Below, one piece after another: positions 19,423-30,644 of a stretch of 64,000 nt of DNA. Positions within the stretch are counted from its first letter, which is position 1; each line of letters begins with the position of its first letter. The notes below the pieces were generated by a model, which searched no databases, had not been told where the DNA came from, and saw nothing but the letters and a program-made list of their open reading frames with translations. Both the position numbers and the translations under genes were made by a program. This DNA is from Candidatus Berkelbacteria bacterium (GTDB taxonomy: Bacteria > Patescibacteriota > UBA1384 > DTJR01): contig JAPLVK010000022.1 of NCBI GenBank assembly GCA_026397175.1, positions 5,689-69,688 of the forward strand, read 5' to 3'.

Positions 19423-20484
19423 CTATTTTATGGTACTTGAAATCTGGTACAACGGTACGATAATGGCAAAGACAATTGTCCCGACACCTCCTCCCACTAA
19501 AATTAATAAAATTGGTTCAAGCAAAGAAGTAATCATAGTAACATTGCGTGACGACTCTTCTTCGAAAAAATCAGAGAGTGAAGCCATAACTTCGTCTAGC
19601 TTACCGGTCTGCTCCCCTACTGCAATCATTTGCGAGACAATCGGCGGAAACTCCGTGGCCGCGGCCAAAGGCGCCGACATCGGCACACCGCGCTCGAGCT
19701 GATGGGAAACATTTTTTAAGATATTTTCGTAAACAATATTATCTAAAACCTCGCCCGAAAGCTGCACCGCCTGAATAATCGGCACGCCGGATTTGACCAA
19801 CATTCCAAATGTCTTGGTAAATCGCGCCATAAAAACATTGACATAAAACTCTTTGACGATCGGAGTGTGAATTACAAATTTCGAAGCCACCATTTTGCCG
19901 CTGTCGGTTTTTAAATAATATCTGACCCAAGCAATAATCCCGACAACAATAATAATTAACAAATACCAATAATTGATGACGAAGCCCGCCGTTCCCATCA
20001 AAATCCGAGTCGCCAAAGGCAAAGTTGTTCCGGACTCGGTAAAAACACTTTCGATTTTTGGCACAACCACCACCAAAAGAATAACCGCGGCAATCGCCAT
20101 CGCAAAAACGATAAAAAGAGGATAGGCGATTGCGCCTTTGATCGAGGACTCAAGCTTATATTCATTTTCTTGGCGATCCGACAATTCCTTTAAAACCTCA
20201 TCAAATTTACCCGAAATTTCGGCCGAAGAAATCGAAGCGATAAAAACCGCATCAAAGACATTTGGATAGTTCGACAGCGCGGATGAAAATTTTTCTCCTT
20301 CTTCGAGCCGTTTAATAATATCTTTTATGATTGAGGCAAAAAACTTGTTATCGGTTTGACGCATTAGAAGATCAAGGGCGCGAACTATCGGCAAACCTGC
20401 GGAAATAGTGGCGGAAAGCGCTCTGGTAAAAAGCACTTTTTCTTTGCCACGAACTCGATTTAGAAATTTTAAGTTTATATCCAT
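19423..20484 (-). CDS. pilC: Type IV pilus platform protein PilC/GspF
   Basis: AGLPI...AL, AIAYP, KSGVPI, MIAVGEQTGKL, LLEPIL. Confidence 0.92.
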   Translation of the reverse strand: MDINLKFLNRVRGKEKVLFTRALSATISAGLPIVRALDLLMRQTDNKFFASIIKDIIKRLEEGEKFSSALSNYPNVFDAVFIASISSAEISGKFDEVLKELSDRQENEYKLESSIKGAIAYPLFIVFAMAIAAVILLVVVVPKIESVFTESGTTLPLATRILMGTAGFVINYWYLLIIIVVGIIAWVRYYLKTDSGKMVASKFVIHTPIVKEFYVNVFMARFTKTFGMLVKSGVPIIQAVQLSGEVLDNIVYENILKNVSHQLERGVPMSAPLAAATEFPPIVSQMIAVGEQTGKLDEVMASLSDFFEEESSRNVTMITSLLEPILLILVGGGVGTIVFAIIVPLYQISSTIK

Positions 20485-20487
20485 AAC

Positions 20488-21549
20488 TTAAAATACCATC
20501 TGCTTAAATTGTTTTGGGTCGTCCGACCACTTTAAGGCCTCTTCGAGCGTAATCTCCCCACGGGAGACAAAATCGGCCAAGACCTTATCGAGCGTAATCA
20601 TACCTTCGGACGCGCTGGTTTGGATGGTTGACTGGATCTGATGAATTTTGTCTTCGCGAATTAGATTTCTGACTGCGGAGTTGGCTACCAAAATTTCACA
20701 GGCCAAAACCCTCCCCTTACCCGAGGCCTTCGGAATAAGTCGTTGCGAAATAACACCCGAAATAACATTTGAGAGCTGTTGGCGAACTTGGTCTTGTTGG
20801 GATTTAGGAAAAACATCAATAATTCTTTTCGGGGTCTGCGCCGCCGAATTTGTGTGAAGTGTAGTAAAAATCAAATGCCCCGTTTCGGCAATGGTCAAAA
20901 CCGCCTCAAATGTTTCGAGATCGCGCATTTCCCCGACAAAAACAACATCGGGATCTTCGCGAAGCGCACTTCGAAGCGCGCGGGTAAAACTTAGTGTATC
21001 GGTTCCGAATTCTCGCTGCGAGATAATGCTCTTTGAGTTTTTAAAAATATATTCAGTCGGATCTTCGATTGTAACAATATGCTTCATTTTGCTCTGATTA
21101 ATGTATTCGATCAGAGCGGCAATCGTGGTTGACTTACCGTGACCGGTCGGGCCGGTAATAATAAGAAGGCCCTGCTCTCGGTTTGCGAATTCCTGCATAA
21201 TTGGCGGCAAGCCCAGATCTTCAAATGACAAAATATCAGCCGGAATAAACCGATATGATCCGGCAACGGCGCCGCTTTCAAAATAAACATTCGCTCTAAC
21301 TCTTGCGCTTTCGAAGTTGAAAGAGAAATCAACTTCTTTTTCTACCTTTAACCGTTCAATATATTCCGGACGCAAAGTTAGCGAAATTAAGTCCTCTGAC
21401 TCTTTAGCGCTTAAAACCCCTCCGTCATGTTTACTCAATTTTCCGTCAATTCTAAAAACCGGTGCTTCATTCGCTAAAATATGGACATCGCTGGCCTTGA
21501 GCTCAACGGCCTTTTGAAAAATCTCTTTGAGTCGCGAAATATTTTCCAT
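20488..21549 (-). CDS. pilT: Pilus retraction ATPase PilT
   Basis: GPTGHGKST, TIEDP, SALREDPD, GEMRD, AETGHL, TLHTN. Confidence 0.93.
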   Translation of the reverse strand: MENISRLKEIFQKAVELKASDVHILANEAPVFRIDGKLSKHDGGVLSAKESEDLISLTLRPEYIERLKVEKEVDFSFNFESARVRANVYFESGAVAGSYRFIPADILSFEDLGLPPIMQEFANREQGLLIITGPTGHGKSTTIAALIEYINQSKMKHIVTIEDPTEYIFKNSKSIISQREFGTDTLSFTRALRSALREDPDVVFVGEMRDLETFEAVLTIAETGHLIFTTLHTNSAAQTPKRIIDVFPKSQQDQVRQQLSNVISGVISQRLIPKASGKGRVLACEILVANSAVRNLIREDKIHQIQSTIQTSASEGMITLDKVLADFVSRGEITLEEALKWSDDPKQFKQMVF

Positions 21550-23813
21550 TACCCTCCTTCACTTATTCCCTTTGAAACACCGCTAACCCTTAAAACCTCG
21601 TCAACGGTTGTTAAGCCCTTAATCGCTTTGATAAATCCATCTTGTCTCATAGTTATCATACCTTCTTTTGTCGCTTGTGAGAAGATTTCGTCTGACGATT
21701 TCTTGGCTAAGACAAGATTTTCGATAGCTGAAGACATTGTCAAAACCTCATAGATGCCAATTCTTCCCGAAAAACCATCCTTACAATCAGGACACCCCTT
21801 GCCCTTAAAAAATTTCATCGGGATATTAAGATTTAATTTTTCCAGTTCCTTTTTGACCGCAAATTGAACCGATTGAGGAACACTAATTTCCACTCTGCAT
21901 TTTTGACAAATTCTTCTGACTAGCCGCTGCCCCATAATGGCGTTGATGGCGGAAGTTAAAAGAAACGGCTCGACTCCCAAGTTGTAAAGTCGAGGCAAAG
22001 CGCCCGAAGCGTCGTTGGTGTGTAAAGTTGATAAAACCAAGTGTCCGGTTAGGGCGGCGTGAGTAACCAGCTCCGCCGTTTCGCTGTCTCTGATTTCGCC
22101 GACCATTATGATGTTCGGGTCTTGGCGCAAAACGCTGCGCAGTCCTTCGGCAAAACTAAAGCCGATTTGGGGTTTGACCTGAACTTGATTGATACCGGGA
22201 AGTTCGTACTCGACCGGATCCTCAAGCGTTATGATATTTACTTCGGGGCGGTTAAGCCGGCTCAAAATTGAATATAAAGTGGTCGTCTTGCCGGATCCGG
22301 TCGGACCCGTTGATAAAATCACACCGTATGGTTTGGCGATGGCCTCAATCACCCTGTCGTAGCCCAACCCGTCAATGCCCAGATCTTCCAGCTTATCCAT
22401 ATTATGCGTCTTTGATAAAAGCCGCATGACGATTTTTTCACCAAATACGGTTGGCAGCGTCGAGACCCTGATATCAACCACTTCCTTGCCAACTGAAACA
22501 TCAAATCGTCCGTCTTGCGGGACTCTTTGTTCGTCGAGTTTTAGCTTGGAAAGGATTTTGACGCGGGCGACAATACTGGAAATCAAATTGGCCGGAAGCA
22601 ATGAAACATCACTTAGTTCCCCGTCAATTCGATATCTGACTCTGACTGTTTTTTCGAACGGCTCGATATGAACATCGCTGGCGCGATCCCTTGTTGCCAG
22701 CATTAAAATTGCCGCCACAAGCTTGGGGATTTGATCTGAATTTGCGTATTGTTTTATGTCGTCTGTGTCAACTTTGTCTCTACCTAAAAAAGCAATTAGA
22801 TCAGGATTTTCGAGTTCTTTTTGCTGCTTTGTAGCTTCGGCTTGTTTTTTTTCTTCTTGCTTAGAGTCCTCGGATTGCGCTTCCTCGGGTTTTTCTTCCT
22901 CGCCAGCTAATGGGCTTTCTTTCTTAACTTCTTCGATATCTTCTTTTTGTTCGGTCTTGGGTTCTTCTTCTTTTTGGGTCTTATCCTCTTTTGTAGATAA
23001 CTCTACTTCTTTTTTCTTGTTGTGCAGATCTTCGTATTTTTTTAAGACCTGATTTATTTGCTCGCCAGAGACCTGGAATAAATTGAGTTTAATATTCCCT
23101 TTGCTTTGAACAAAATCAATAATTTCGGCAAGTTTGGGATCATTTGGGTTTTCCGAGGCAATATCGAATGTGCCGTCTTTATTTTGCTTAAAAATTATTG
23201 CCCTAAATTTTTCGGCTAAATCGTACGGCATTTTCCGCAAAATATCTTCGGGGATTTCAATTTTACTTAAATCAATAATTTCAATTTTGTTTTCCGGTTT
23301 GTCCGTTGGTTTATCTTCCGGTTTTTTTTCTTCTTCTTTTTTGCTCGGATTTAAAAGCTCATTAGCCAAGTCGCGAGAGGCCATAAACAGCTCTATTTGC
23401 AAGGAAAGTTTTTCCTCTAATTTTTCTATCGCCTGCTTGTTCAAATTTTTAAATTTCTCGGGCTCTAAAATTGCTACTTGAAGAACCCTGTTTTTTAAAT
23501 CGAGTGAAAACGGAACAAAACCAAATCTTAAGGACAGGGCTTTGTCAATTAGTTTTTGGGCCTCCGGATCAACTTCTTCAATTATAATATAAGGAATAGA
23601 CAAAAATTTGGCATAAATTTCCGTCAGTTTAATATTGGAATACATCTTCGAAGAATCAAGCGCTTCAAAGACCTCTTCGGGCGACTTATATTTTTCTTTG
23701 AGATGGGAAATATCACCTTGCAAAATTACGCCACTTTTAAAAAGAAGGTCGGCGAACTCGGCCACTTTATCGTTTGAGCTAACTTTGAATTGAGTTGCGC
23801 TTTGATCTTCCAC
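21549..23813 (-). CDS. pilB: Pilus assembly ATPase PilB/GspE with duplicated N-terminal domain and acidic linker
   Basis: ASDVHIEP, PQDGR, GPTGSGKT, LRQDP, CxxC...CxxC, GRIGIYE. Confidence 0.93.
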   Translation of the reverse strand: MEDQSATQFKVSSNDKVAEFADLLFKSGVILQGDISHLKEKYKSPEEVFEALDSSKMYSNIKLTEIYAKFLSIPYIIIEEVDPEAQKLIDKALSLRFGFVPFSLDLKNRVLQVAILEPEKFKNLNKQAIEKLEEKLSLQIELFMASRDLANELLNPSKKEEEKKPEDKPTDKPENKIEIIDLSKIEIPEDILRKMPYDLAEKFRAIIFKQNKDGTFDIASENPNDPKLAEIIDFVQSKGNIKLNLFQVSGEQINQVLKKYEDLHNKKKEVELSTKEDKTQKEEEPKTEQKEDIEEVKKESPLAGEEEKPEEAQSEDSKQEEKKQAEATKQQKELENPDLIAFLGRDKVDTDDIKQYANSDQIPKLVAAILMLATRDRASDVHIEPFEKTVRVRYRIDGELSDVSLLPANLISSIVARVKILSKLKLDEQRVPQDGRFDVSVGKEVVDIRVSTLPTVFGEKIVMRLLSKTHNMDKLEDLGIDGLGYDRVIEAIAKPYGVILSTGPTGSGKTTTLYSILSRLNRPEVNIITLEDPVEYELPGINQVQVKPQIGFSFAEGLRSVLRQDPNIIMVGEIRDSETAELVTHAALTGHLVLSTLHTNDASGALPRLYNLGVEPFLLTSAINAIMGQRLVRRICQKCRVEISVPQSVQFAVKKELEKLNLNIPMKFFKGKGCPDCKDGFSGRIGIYEVLTMSSAIENLVLAKKSSDEIFSQATKEGMITMRQDGFIKAIKGLTTVDEVLRVSGVSKGISEGG

Positions 23814-23825
23814 AGCTATTATCCG

Positions 23826-24074
23826 CTATTTGTATCCATCAAACGGATTGGTTCTTCCTATTTGATCTCCAGTAACAACCAAAGGCAAATTTCCAAAGTT
23901 CTCAAGACCGGTCGTTTGTTTGCTAACATCTTTGAGGTCTTCGGAAGAGAGTACTTTTTGCGCCGGAGGTGGGCTCGGTTTTGTCGGACTTCCTAAATAA
24001 AATATGATACCGAGCAAGACCCCAAAAACAATTACCAGTCCCGCCGCAAAAGAAATAATTTTGTTATTGTCCAT
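23826..24074 (-). CDS. Small membrane protein (PilP-like position)
   Basis: TM helix and C-terminal GRTNPF; follows pilO. Confidence 0.65.
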   Translation of the reverse strand: MDNNKIISFAAGLVIVFGVLLGIIFYLGSPTKPSPPPAQKVLSSEDLKDVSKQTTGLENFGNLPLVVTGDQIGRTNPFDGYK

Positions 24075-24681
24075 TGGTTGTCTCCGTTTGAGTTGCTGAT
24101 TGATCGGTTGCGGTCTGGGCCGCTGCTGCAGCTTTCGCCTTGGATTCATCAATAATATACGGGAGAGTCAGATTAAAGGTTGCGCTCAAATCACCGCTAT
24201 TTTCTGAATTTGAAATTGCATAGTCCTTAATTACAATCGGTCTTAGCCCTTTTTCCAAATTGTCAAAAAGAGCGAGGGTGCTGTCGAAATTTCCGAGTGT
24301 CGAAAAAGTAAGACCCAACGAAGAGCCCTTGGTAGAATCACTTTGCGCTATGGCGATAGAGGAGAGTTTAAGGCCCGCTTTGCCCGAAGCAGCTGAAATC
24401 TGAACCAGCGCATCCTCCGGATCGGGTTGATTGGGAATAGCCACTCCCAAAAGATCAAGGTCGCGTTTTGCCGCACTCATGGTTTGAATCGCTTTTTTGG
24501 TGGCAGCAACTTTGTTTTGGCCGGCTTCAAGCTCTTGTTTTTTGGCCTCAACATTGCTGGCGACGGTCTTAAGCTCTTGGACTTTTGGCACAATTACAAA
24601 AATCACGAGCAAGACACCAACCATAAGCGCAAAAACGCTCGAAAGAAGAATAATTTGTGATGGTTTTTTTTGTTGTTCCAT
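24064..24681 (-). CDS. pilO: PilO-like pilus alignment protein
   Basis: TM helix, coiled coil, AIP...ferredoxin-like domain (LEKGLRPI). Confidence 0.75.
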   Translation of the reverse strand: MEQQKKPSQIILLSSVFALMVGVLLVIFVIVPKVQELKTVASNVEAKKQELEAGQNKVAATKKAIQTMSAAKRDLDLLGVAIPNQPDPEDALVQISAASGKAGLKLSSIAIAQSDSTKGSSLGLTFSTLGNFDSTLALFDNLEKGLRPIVIKDYAISNSENSGDLSATFNLTLPYIIDESKAKAAAAAQTATDQSATQTETTNGQ

Positions 24682-25322
24682 TATATTTGCCCCGTTGAAG
24701 TTGTTACGCTAGCGGCAGGAGTTACGGAAGTTGTGGGACTCGCAGAGGCCTTGGGTAGGATGGTTTTGTACAAATCCATATTGAGAGTAACCTCGAGAGC
24801 GAACTCCACCTTTTGGGTCTCGGCATTGATATTGACCGAAATCAACTTTACATCCGTTACCGATTTGGTTTGCCTAATAGCCACAACTGATTTGCTGACA
24901 CCCTCGAAACTATCACTATTGCCGGAAATTGAAATTTTGCCGTTATTAAAACTAAATGATGTCCATTGGGAATTTTTATATTGATTATCACGCAAGTCCT
25001 TAATCGCTTGCGCGTATTTTACCTTTTTTGAAACAGCCAAAGTGAGCGCGTCAATCTGGGCCAAAACCTGATCTGATTGTTTGCTTTCTTTCTCCATGGT
25101 CTTAAGAGGAGCGGTAACATCCGATGCAATTTGCTGATCAAGTGAGGTTATTTTGGCTTTCTTGGAAGAAATATTTGCTAAAACAAAAACCGTTCCGGCG
25201 ACAACCGCAACCGCAAGTCCAATGATAAAAAATGCCGTCATCTCCTCGGATTTCTTTTGTGGCGAAGCAGTTATATCATCTTTAACACTATCGAGCAGAC
25301 GATTTTGTTCTTCCGAGCTCAC
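24681..25322 (-). CDS. pilN: PilN-like pilus alignment protein
   Basis: TM helix, coiled coil, ISISGNS...VKLISV; precedes pilO. Confidence 0.7.
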   Translation of the reverse strand: MSSEEQNRLLDSVKDDITASPQKKSEEMTAFFIIGLAVAVVAGTVFVLANISSKKAKITSLDQQIASDVTAPLKTMEKESKQSDQVLAQIDALTLAVSKKVKYAQAIKDLRDNQYKNSQWTSFSFNNGKISISGNSDSFEGVSKSVVAIRQTKSVTDVKLISVNINAETQKVEFALEVTLNMDLYKTILPKASASPTTSVTPAASVTTSTGQI

Positions 25323-25386
25323 TTCCCTCCTTTTTTTGCTCTAATTTAATTATACTTTTTAAAAAATCAAATGCAACAACAGCGCG

Positions 25387-28278
25387 TCAAGGATTGCCGA
25401 TTAATGTTTGCATCAATTGCTCGAAGCCCGGTAGGCGGGTGTTTAGGATTTTAGAATCGGTGTAAATTCTGACGGCATAGCCCTGCGTCCCTTTTATCCG
25501 AGAGTTGAATTCAACCTTGTCCGAAATAATTGAGCCATTAATTTCAATCGCTTTGCCGCCTTCTTCAAAAATGATCGTACCTCCGTCTGACTCTGTAGCG
25601 CTAACTGTCGCATCGGCTGTATTGGTTATGCCTTCCCTCGTAACGGTTACCATCGGATGATAGGTTCCTTTTGCATTGTATTGACAAGGATTGGCGGTGG
25701 TTGCGCTTTTGTAGTTAACGGATATCGTTTCTTGAGGCGTTGGGGGTGTTTGGTCGTCGCGGCAATTAAATACATAAGTGGCCGGACCTACTGCCGTGCT
25801 CTGTGTCATATCAATAGTTGCCGTTAATTTAACATTTCCCAACGGAGCACCACCGCTGCTTGGATTGGCCTTAAGCGAAACAACTAGGGTCGGCGGCTGG
25901 CTTGGCTGACTGACAACAGTAACACCGGTTTTGGCCTGCGACGGCGGTGACTTTGTGCTGGTAATAATGACTTTAGCCGTATAAGATCCGACGCTAGGAT
26001 ATTTGCAAAGTTTATCCGCAATCTTGGTGGACTCCGAAAGTTTTTCGAAACTCGCATCAGGATTTCCGATATTAGTGGAATCATCAGCACGATTACAGTA
26101 GAAATAATAACTAAAAACCTGTCCGGGAACGCTCTGCGTGGCCTTTGCGGTTAAGGAAACATCGTTTAGCGGCACGACGCCGGAATCTGGATCGGCTGAT
26201 AATGATATCGAACTTACAATGACAGATTTTTCGGCCTGTGCAGTTTTTCCACTCTGGCTACTTGCAATCACCTTTATCTTTCCTGTATTTAAAAATGTAC
26301 AGACATTATTTGCTTGATCGGTCTTTGTAGATATATTTTCGTGTTTTACACTTTGCTTATCATTACAATAATAAGTGTATGTGTACGGCCCGGTTTCCGT
26401 GCTAGAAACCGTCGCCTTAGCCCAAGGCGTCACCGGCCCATAGGCAATGTCATATTGAGCGGCAAGGGCGACAGACAGGGATGCTACTTGTGTATAATTG
26501 ACTTTTAGCGACTTAAGCTCGGGAGAAAGATATTGCGAGCCGTTTAGATTAATTTTGAGATATAGATCGCTGCTTTCGGGAACCTGACTGATGTCTGTTG
26601 TCCCTTGGTTCGCGTCAGCGATCGGCTGATTGGAGTAGTTGATAGTGACCGACGAGTCGGTGTTATATTTGGATTTGGTGATTGTGCTACCCTGCGATGA
26701 CCAGAAAACACTTGCATCCCTATATATGTCATTTGAAATGTCGCTTGATACGGCATTATATCCTCCGGGGAAAGCGGTCGGATTATCGATCGAACTGCCA
26801 CTGCTGTCCCACTTTATTATGCAGTTGTATGATGGCATCGTATCTATCCCGACCCACCTTCCAAGTCGCATTGATGTCCATATATTTCCATTATTATCAA
26901 AATCGGCAATCGAATTATTCAGTCCATAAGCAGCGTCAGAATCTTCATTTATAGTGTAGCAATTACGCAAATTTGAATGATCGTACGATCTTGATTCAAC
27001 CAGCTGAATCGATCCCAACACAGGGTTTTCAGTATCATTTGCTGTGAGTTGAGTCCAAAGTATAGCGCCTTGAGAGCCTGATGCAATCAATCTGTTCTGG
27101 TCATCAACAAGATATGTTCCATCTAAAATATTATGTGGATCGCTTAATGTGAAAAATTTTCTTTCGTGTGTTTTGTAGCTTATCCTAACAACATTGTTCT
27201 GTTTGTAGCTACTTGATCCGATCCATATATTATTGTATTTGTCTCGGACGATATCTGACGCGATGATTCCACTTAGCTGGTAGTTATCGATCGGATCATA
27301 ATCGACGGTATCAAGATTATTAATTTTTATCCTTGCGACATTAGTGTGAGAATCGGGACTGATTACTCCATTCACGATCGTGACATTATATCTCAAAATA
27401 TATAAATTATCACAGTCCATGTCGTCAAAAACCATCTTAGAATGTCCGAGAAAGCTATTGTTTTCGGTAGGCAAAGCGATTATTTTAATAACATTTAATG
27501 ATCCGGAGCCGTCAAAACTATCGCCCTCTATTATATAAAGCAAGTCGCTTTCGGTTATCCACAACCTATTCAGTTTATCGACTACTATTCTTGAACCGGC
27601 ATCGGTTTGTAATCCGGAGGGAAGGGGTTTGGTAACTACGCTGTCTGTGTCCGGCACGACATGTGAGATAGTATTGTCAAATGTTGTATGGCGAGGGTCA
27701 AATGACGGCCCACCGCCCGATTGATTTTGCGCTGCTGTCTCCGGATCCATATTTAAAACCCAATAATCATTTTTGATACCCTTTGCCCCATTCCACGCGA
27801 GATCCCCCACTTGCCATTTATTTTGTTTTGATCCGTCAAGATTAAACTCGAACAAACCCGTGTCTATAACCCTATAATTATTGTAATTGACAGTATTGGC
27901 CACGGACTCTTGCCCAAGACCCCATATTTTATCCTGTTCACTATGATCGGGTTCGAGTTTGTCAACATCAGCCGAGGTCCATTTGACTGTTTTGCCGGCA
28001 GAATATTTATAGTTTAATGAACCGGTTGAATTGTAATCGACACCATTATCGGTTTTGGTAAGCATCGTAGAATCGCGTGGGTCGTTAAAATCAACATTTT
28101 GCTTTGTCCAATTGGCATTGTCATCTAATCCCGAAGAAGAAATGAGTGTTTTGCTTTCGATCAGCGAATCCGCATTCACACTTTTAGGATTTGCAGAAAC
28201 CGCAAAACTCGAAACAAGCAATGCTATTAAGGCAAATTGTATGAATACCGGTTTATTTGATCTCATCATTTGCATCAA
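25387..28278 (-). CDS. Large secreted protein (beta-propeller-like plus PKD-like repeats); candidate pilus adhesin
   Basis: Signal peptide, NNIWIG-type repeats, three ~95-aa repeats (SADPDSGVVPL/ANPSSGGAPL, YxFxC, CxY). Confidence 0.65.
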   Translation of the reverse strand: MMQMMRSNKPVFIQFALIALLVSSFAVSANPKSVNADSLIESKTLISSSGLDDNANWTKQNVDFNDPRDSTMLTKTDNGVDYNSTGSLNYKYSAGKTVKWTSADVDKLEPDHSEQDKIWGLGQESVANTVNYNNYRVIDTGLFEFNLDGSKQNKWQVGDLAWNGAKGIKNDYWVLNMDPETAAQNQSGGGPSFDPRHTTFDNTISHVVPDTDSVVTKPLPSGLQTDAGSRIVVDKLNRLWITESDLLYIIEGDSFDGSGSLNVIKIIALPTENNSFLGHSKMVFDDMDCDNLYILRYNVTIVNGVISPDSHTNVARIKINNLDTVDYDPIDNYQLSGIIASDIVRDKYNNIWIGSSSYKQNNVVRISYKTHERKFFTLSDPHNILDGTYLVDDQNRLIASGSQGAILWTQLTANDTENPVLGSIQLVESRSYDHSNLRNCYTINEDSDAAYGLNNSIADFDNNGNIWTSMRLGRWVGIDTMPSYNCIIKWDSSGSSIDNPTAFPGGYNAVSSDISNDIYRDASVFWSSQGSTITKSKYNTDSSVTINYSNQPIADANQGTTDISQVPESSDLYLKINLNGSQYLSPELKSLKVNYTQVASLSVALAAQYDIAYGPVTPWAKATVSSTETGPYTYTYYCNDKQSVKHENISTKTDQANNVCTFLNTGKIKVIASSQSGKTAQAEKSVIVSSISLSADPDSGVVPLNDVSLTAKATQSVPGQVFSYYFYCNRADDSTNIGNPDASFEKLSESTKIADKLCKYPSVGSYTAKVIITSTKSPPSQAKTGVTVVSQPSQPPTLVVSLKANPSSGGAPLGNVKLTATIDMTQSTAVGPATYVFNCRDDQTPPTPQETISVNYKSATTANPCQYNAKGTYHPMVTVTREGITNTADATVSATESDGGTIIFEEGGKAIEINGSIISDKVEFNSRIKGTQGYAVRIYTDSKILNTRLPGFEQLMQTLIGNP

Positions 28279-29138
28279 ATTTTTTCCTTCGATAAATCTA
28301 TTATCATTTCCCCGTTATACGGGATAAAAATATGCAACAAATTGCACCTGCTGACATCAACATCTAGCATCGCTTTTTTGTTGTCTTCGGATTTCATTGA
28401 TTGAGTAATTGTGCCGCATTTGTCTCCCTTATCATTCAAGAAATAGCCAAAATATTTGAGGTTCTGTACTTTGCGATTCGAACTCACGGTAATTTCGTAA
28501 TAAGGAATCTTGTTCATGTCGGTCAGAGCGGGGCTGACGGGCGAAGGACTAACGGTAGGCGCTGGTGTTGCACTTCCGGCAGGAACTTTTATTTGAGTTG
28601 ACTGCGGTGTCAAATCGATCGTCTTTTTCTCGATTTTATCGACTTTGAATTCGCCTTTTTCGAATTTCGCATTTTCTCCTACTGTTGCGTTCTTTGTAGC
28701 AGGAACCGGCAAGATGTTCGAAAATGTCTCGCAGAAGCGCGGATCTATTTCTGCAATATTATTGATCTTATATTTTCCGCCTTCTTTCTTTAGTTCAAAA
28801 ACAGCGATGTCTTCAACGGTTTTCTCGCCTTTTTCGTCAAACTGCGGAACCTGCATTTCAACTTTATAATTTAAAATGCCTTTGGATAATAAGTTATAAT
28901 CAATTGTTTTTGATTTTGTATTTGATTGTTTTGCAACTTTTTTATAGTTTTCCGTAAAGTATGAATCAAAGTCCGGCGAAATTGACGAAGAATCAATTTT
29001 TTCCCTGAGCTGCAAGACATTTTCAACCAATAATTTTGTGCTTTTTAATTGATTTTTTTTTTTTTTTTAAAATTTTGCACCTGCAAAGATAATGGTTGCA
29101 GCAATTGCCAAAACAAAAATAAGTAATATCTTTTTCAT
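28275..29138 (-). pseudogene. Secreted hypothetical protein interrupted by an in-frame TAA at a poly-A tract (may be a sequence error)
   Basis: MKKILLIFVLAIAATIIFAGAKF* is in frame with the 251-aa ORF 28275-29030; TAA at 29067-69 precedes an A run. Confidence 0.6.
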
Positions 29139-30622
29139 TACTTTCCCGGGGCAAAGACGATGCCGTTAAACTTTGTGCAAGTTGGGGTAAATTTGACTTT
29201 TCCGCCATTGATGACAATTAAACCGAGATAATCGTTGTCAGTAAAACCCGTGTCCGTGGTTAAAATATTGACAATCCCGTTCGATTTTCCGTTAAAATCA
29301 ACAATTACCGTGCCCTTGCCGTAAATCGGACCATTAATATTGATTGTTTCATTATCTCCCGTAGCTTTATAATACCACACCCGTCCATTCGGCCAGAAGC
29401 TCGACTTTATGTTTTCGTGGATTTTACAATTTGCGTTATCTAAATATAAAGCACCCTTCAGCTGGCCGGTTGCAGTTATATTGCAGGTATTATCCGGCAA
29501 CACACCACTTGCATTTGGCATAAATCGTTGAATATTATCATACATAGTTTTGTTTTTGTCCTTGTTGCTATCATCCCAATAAATCACCGAATTTTTGTCG
29601 AACTGATAATTATAAAGCGCGGTAGCAGCATTGAGCTTATTGTTCGGGTCATACGCACCTTGTGTGGTGGCTTGGGACCTGGAGCCAAAATCAAGGGCAG
29701 TCGAAGATGTATTTCCCCCGCTAAATAAGTTGCCGAAAAGATAAAAAGCGGGAGAATACATAAGGTAAGAAGGATCGTAGGCCAAAACATCTGAACCGGA
29801 GCTTGTCGAAATTTTTACCGGAAGCGAAAGCATGGTTCCGCCTCGACTTTTTTGGCCTAGTCCTCGCTGAAAAAGATACGAAATGCCACGGCCTAAAGTG
29901 CTGTTATCTGTCGCGCTGGCGTTTACTTTGCCGGAAAATATGCCGTTTAGATTAAGCAATTTGTCGTCGTTTTGAAATTCTAGGGCTTTAGTAGTATCGA
30001 GCGCGCCATCCTTGGAATTAATCCACGGCACGCCCTTGACCATTAAATAACTATTAGCCGTTCCCAGGGCCTGATTTTCGTCGTTTGAGTCCAGAACTAT
30101 TGTTCTCGCGCTCACAAGTCGGTTTTGTTCGGAAAAATCATAAAGCAATTTAAACTTATAGCAATAGTATGTGTCACCTTGTGCAATTTCTTGGTTATTC
30201 CAATCAACATATCCATCCGCGTTTGGAGTTACAACTTGGTCAACAAGACGATCAGCATCCGAAAGTTTACAATCATCCTTACGCGAAGGGTTGGAGCCGA
30301 AGTTATCATAAACTGGCAAAAAATCCCTGATTTTGGCATTTACGCTTGCTGCATTGTTTGAAGTTACTTTGATCCGCGCGACTACCGTATCGCCTGTTTC
30401 AAAAGTTGAGGTCTCGTTGCCATTTAGGAAAAATTTCTTTTCAACCAAAACAGAAGTGGTACGATTGGAAAGTATTTTTTTGATTATAGATATTATCGGC
30501 CCCGCAGGAGGCATAGCAAAAGCCCGACTTGAAGTTACAAGTAACGCGCAAAAAATAAGCAAAATAAAAAAAACATTTTTTGTCTTAAACTTACTTAAAA
30601 AAAAATTCTTTACTTTCGCCAT
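29138..30622 (-). CDS. Secreted hypothetical protein (DUF11-like N-terminal Ig domain, beta-helix-like C-terminus)
   Basis: Signal peptide, VEKK...GDTVV...IRDFLP; C-terminal GTVIV...GLIV...GIVFAP. Confidence 0.6.
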   Translation of the reverse strand: MAKVKNFFLSKFKTKNVFFILLIFCALLVTSSRAFAMPPAGPIISIIKKILSNRTTSVLVEKKFFLNGNETSTFETGDTVVARIKVTSNNAASVNAKIRDFLPVYDNFGSNPSRKDDCKLSDADRLVDQVVTPNADGYVDWNNQEIAQGDTYYCYKFKLLYDFSEQNRLVSARTIVLDSNDENQALGTANSYLMVKGVPWINSKDGALDTTKALEFQNDDKLLNLNGIFSGKVNASATDNSTLGRGISYLFQRGLGQKSRGGTMLSLPVKISTSSGSDVLAYDPSYLMYSPAFYLFGNLFSGGNTSSTALDFGSRSQATTQGAYDPNNKLNAATALYNYQFDKNSVIYWDDSNKDKNKTMYDNIQRFMPNASGVLPDNTCNITATGQLKGALYLDNANCKIHENIKSSFWPNGRVWYYKATGDNETININGPIYGKGTVIVDFNGKSNGIVNILTTDTGFTDNDYLGLIVINGGKVKFTPTCTKFNGIVFAPGK

Positions 30623-30644
30623 CTTTTGTCTAATTTCCCTGTAT

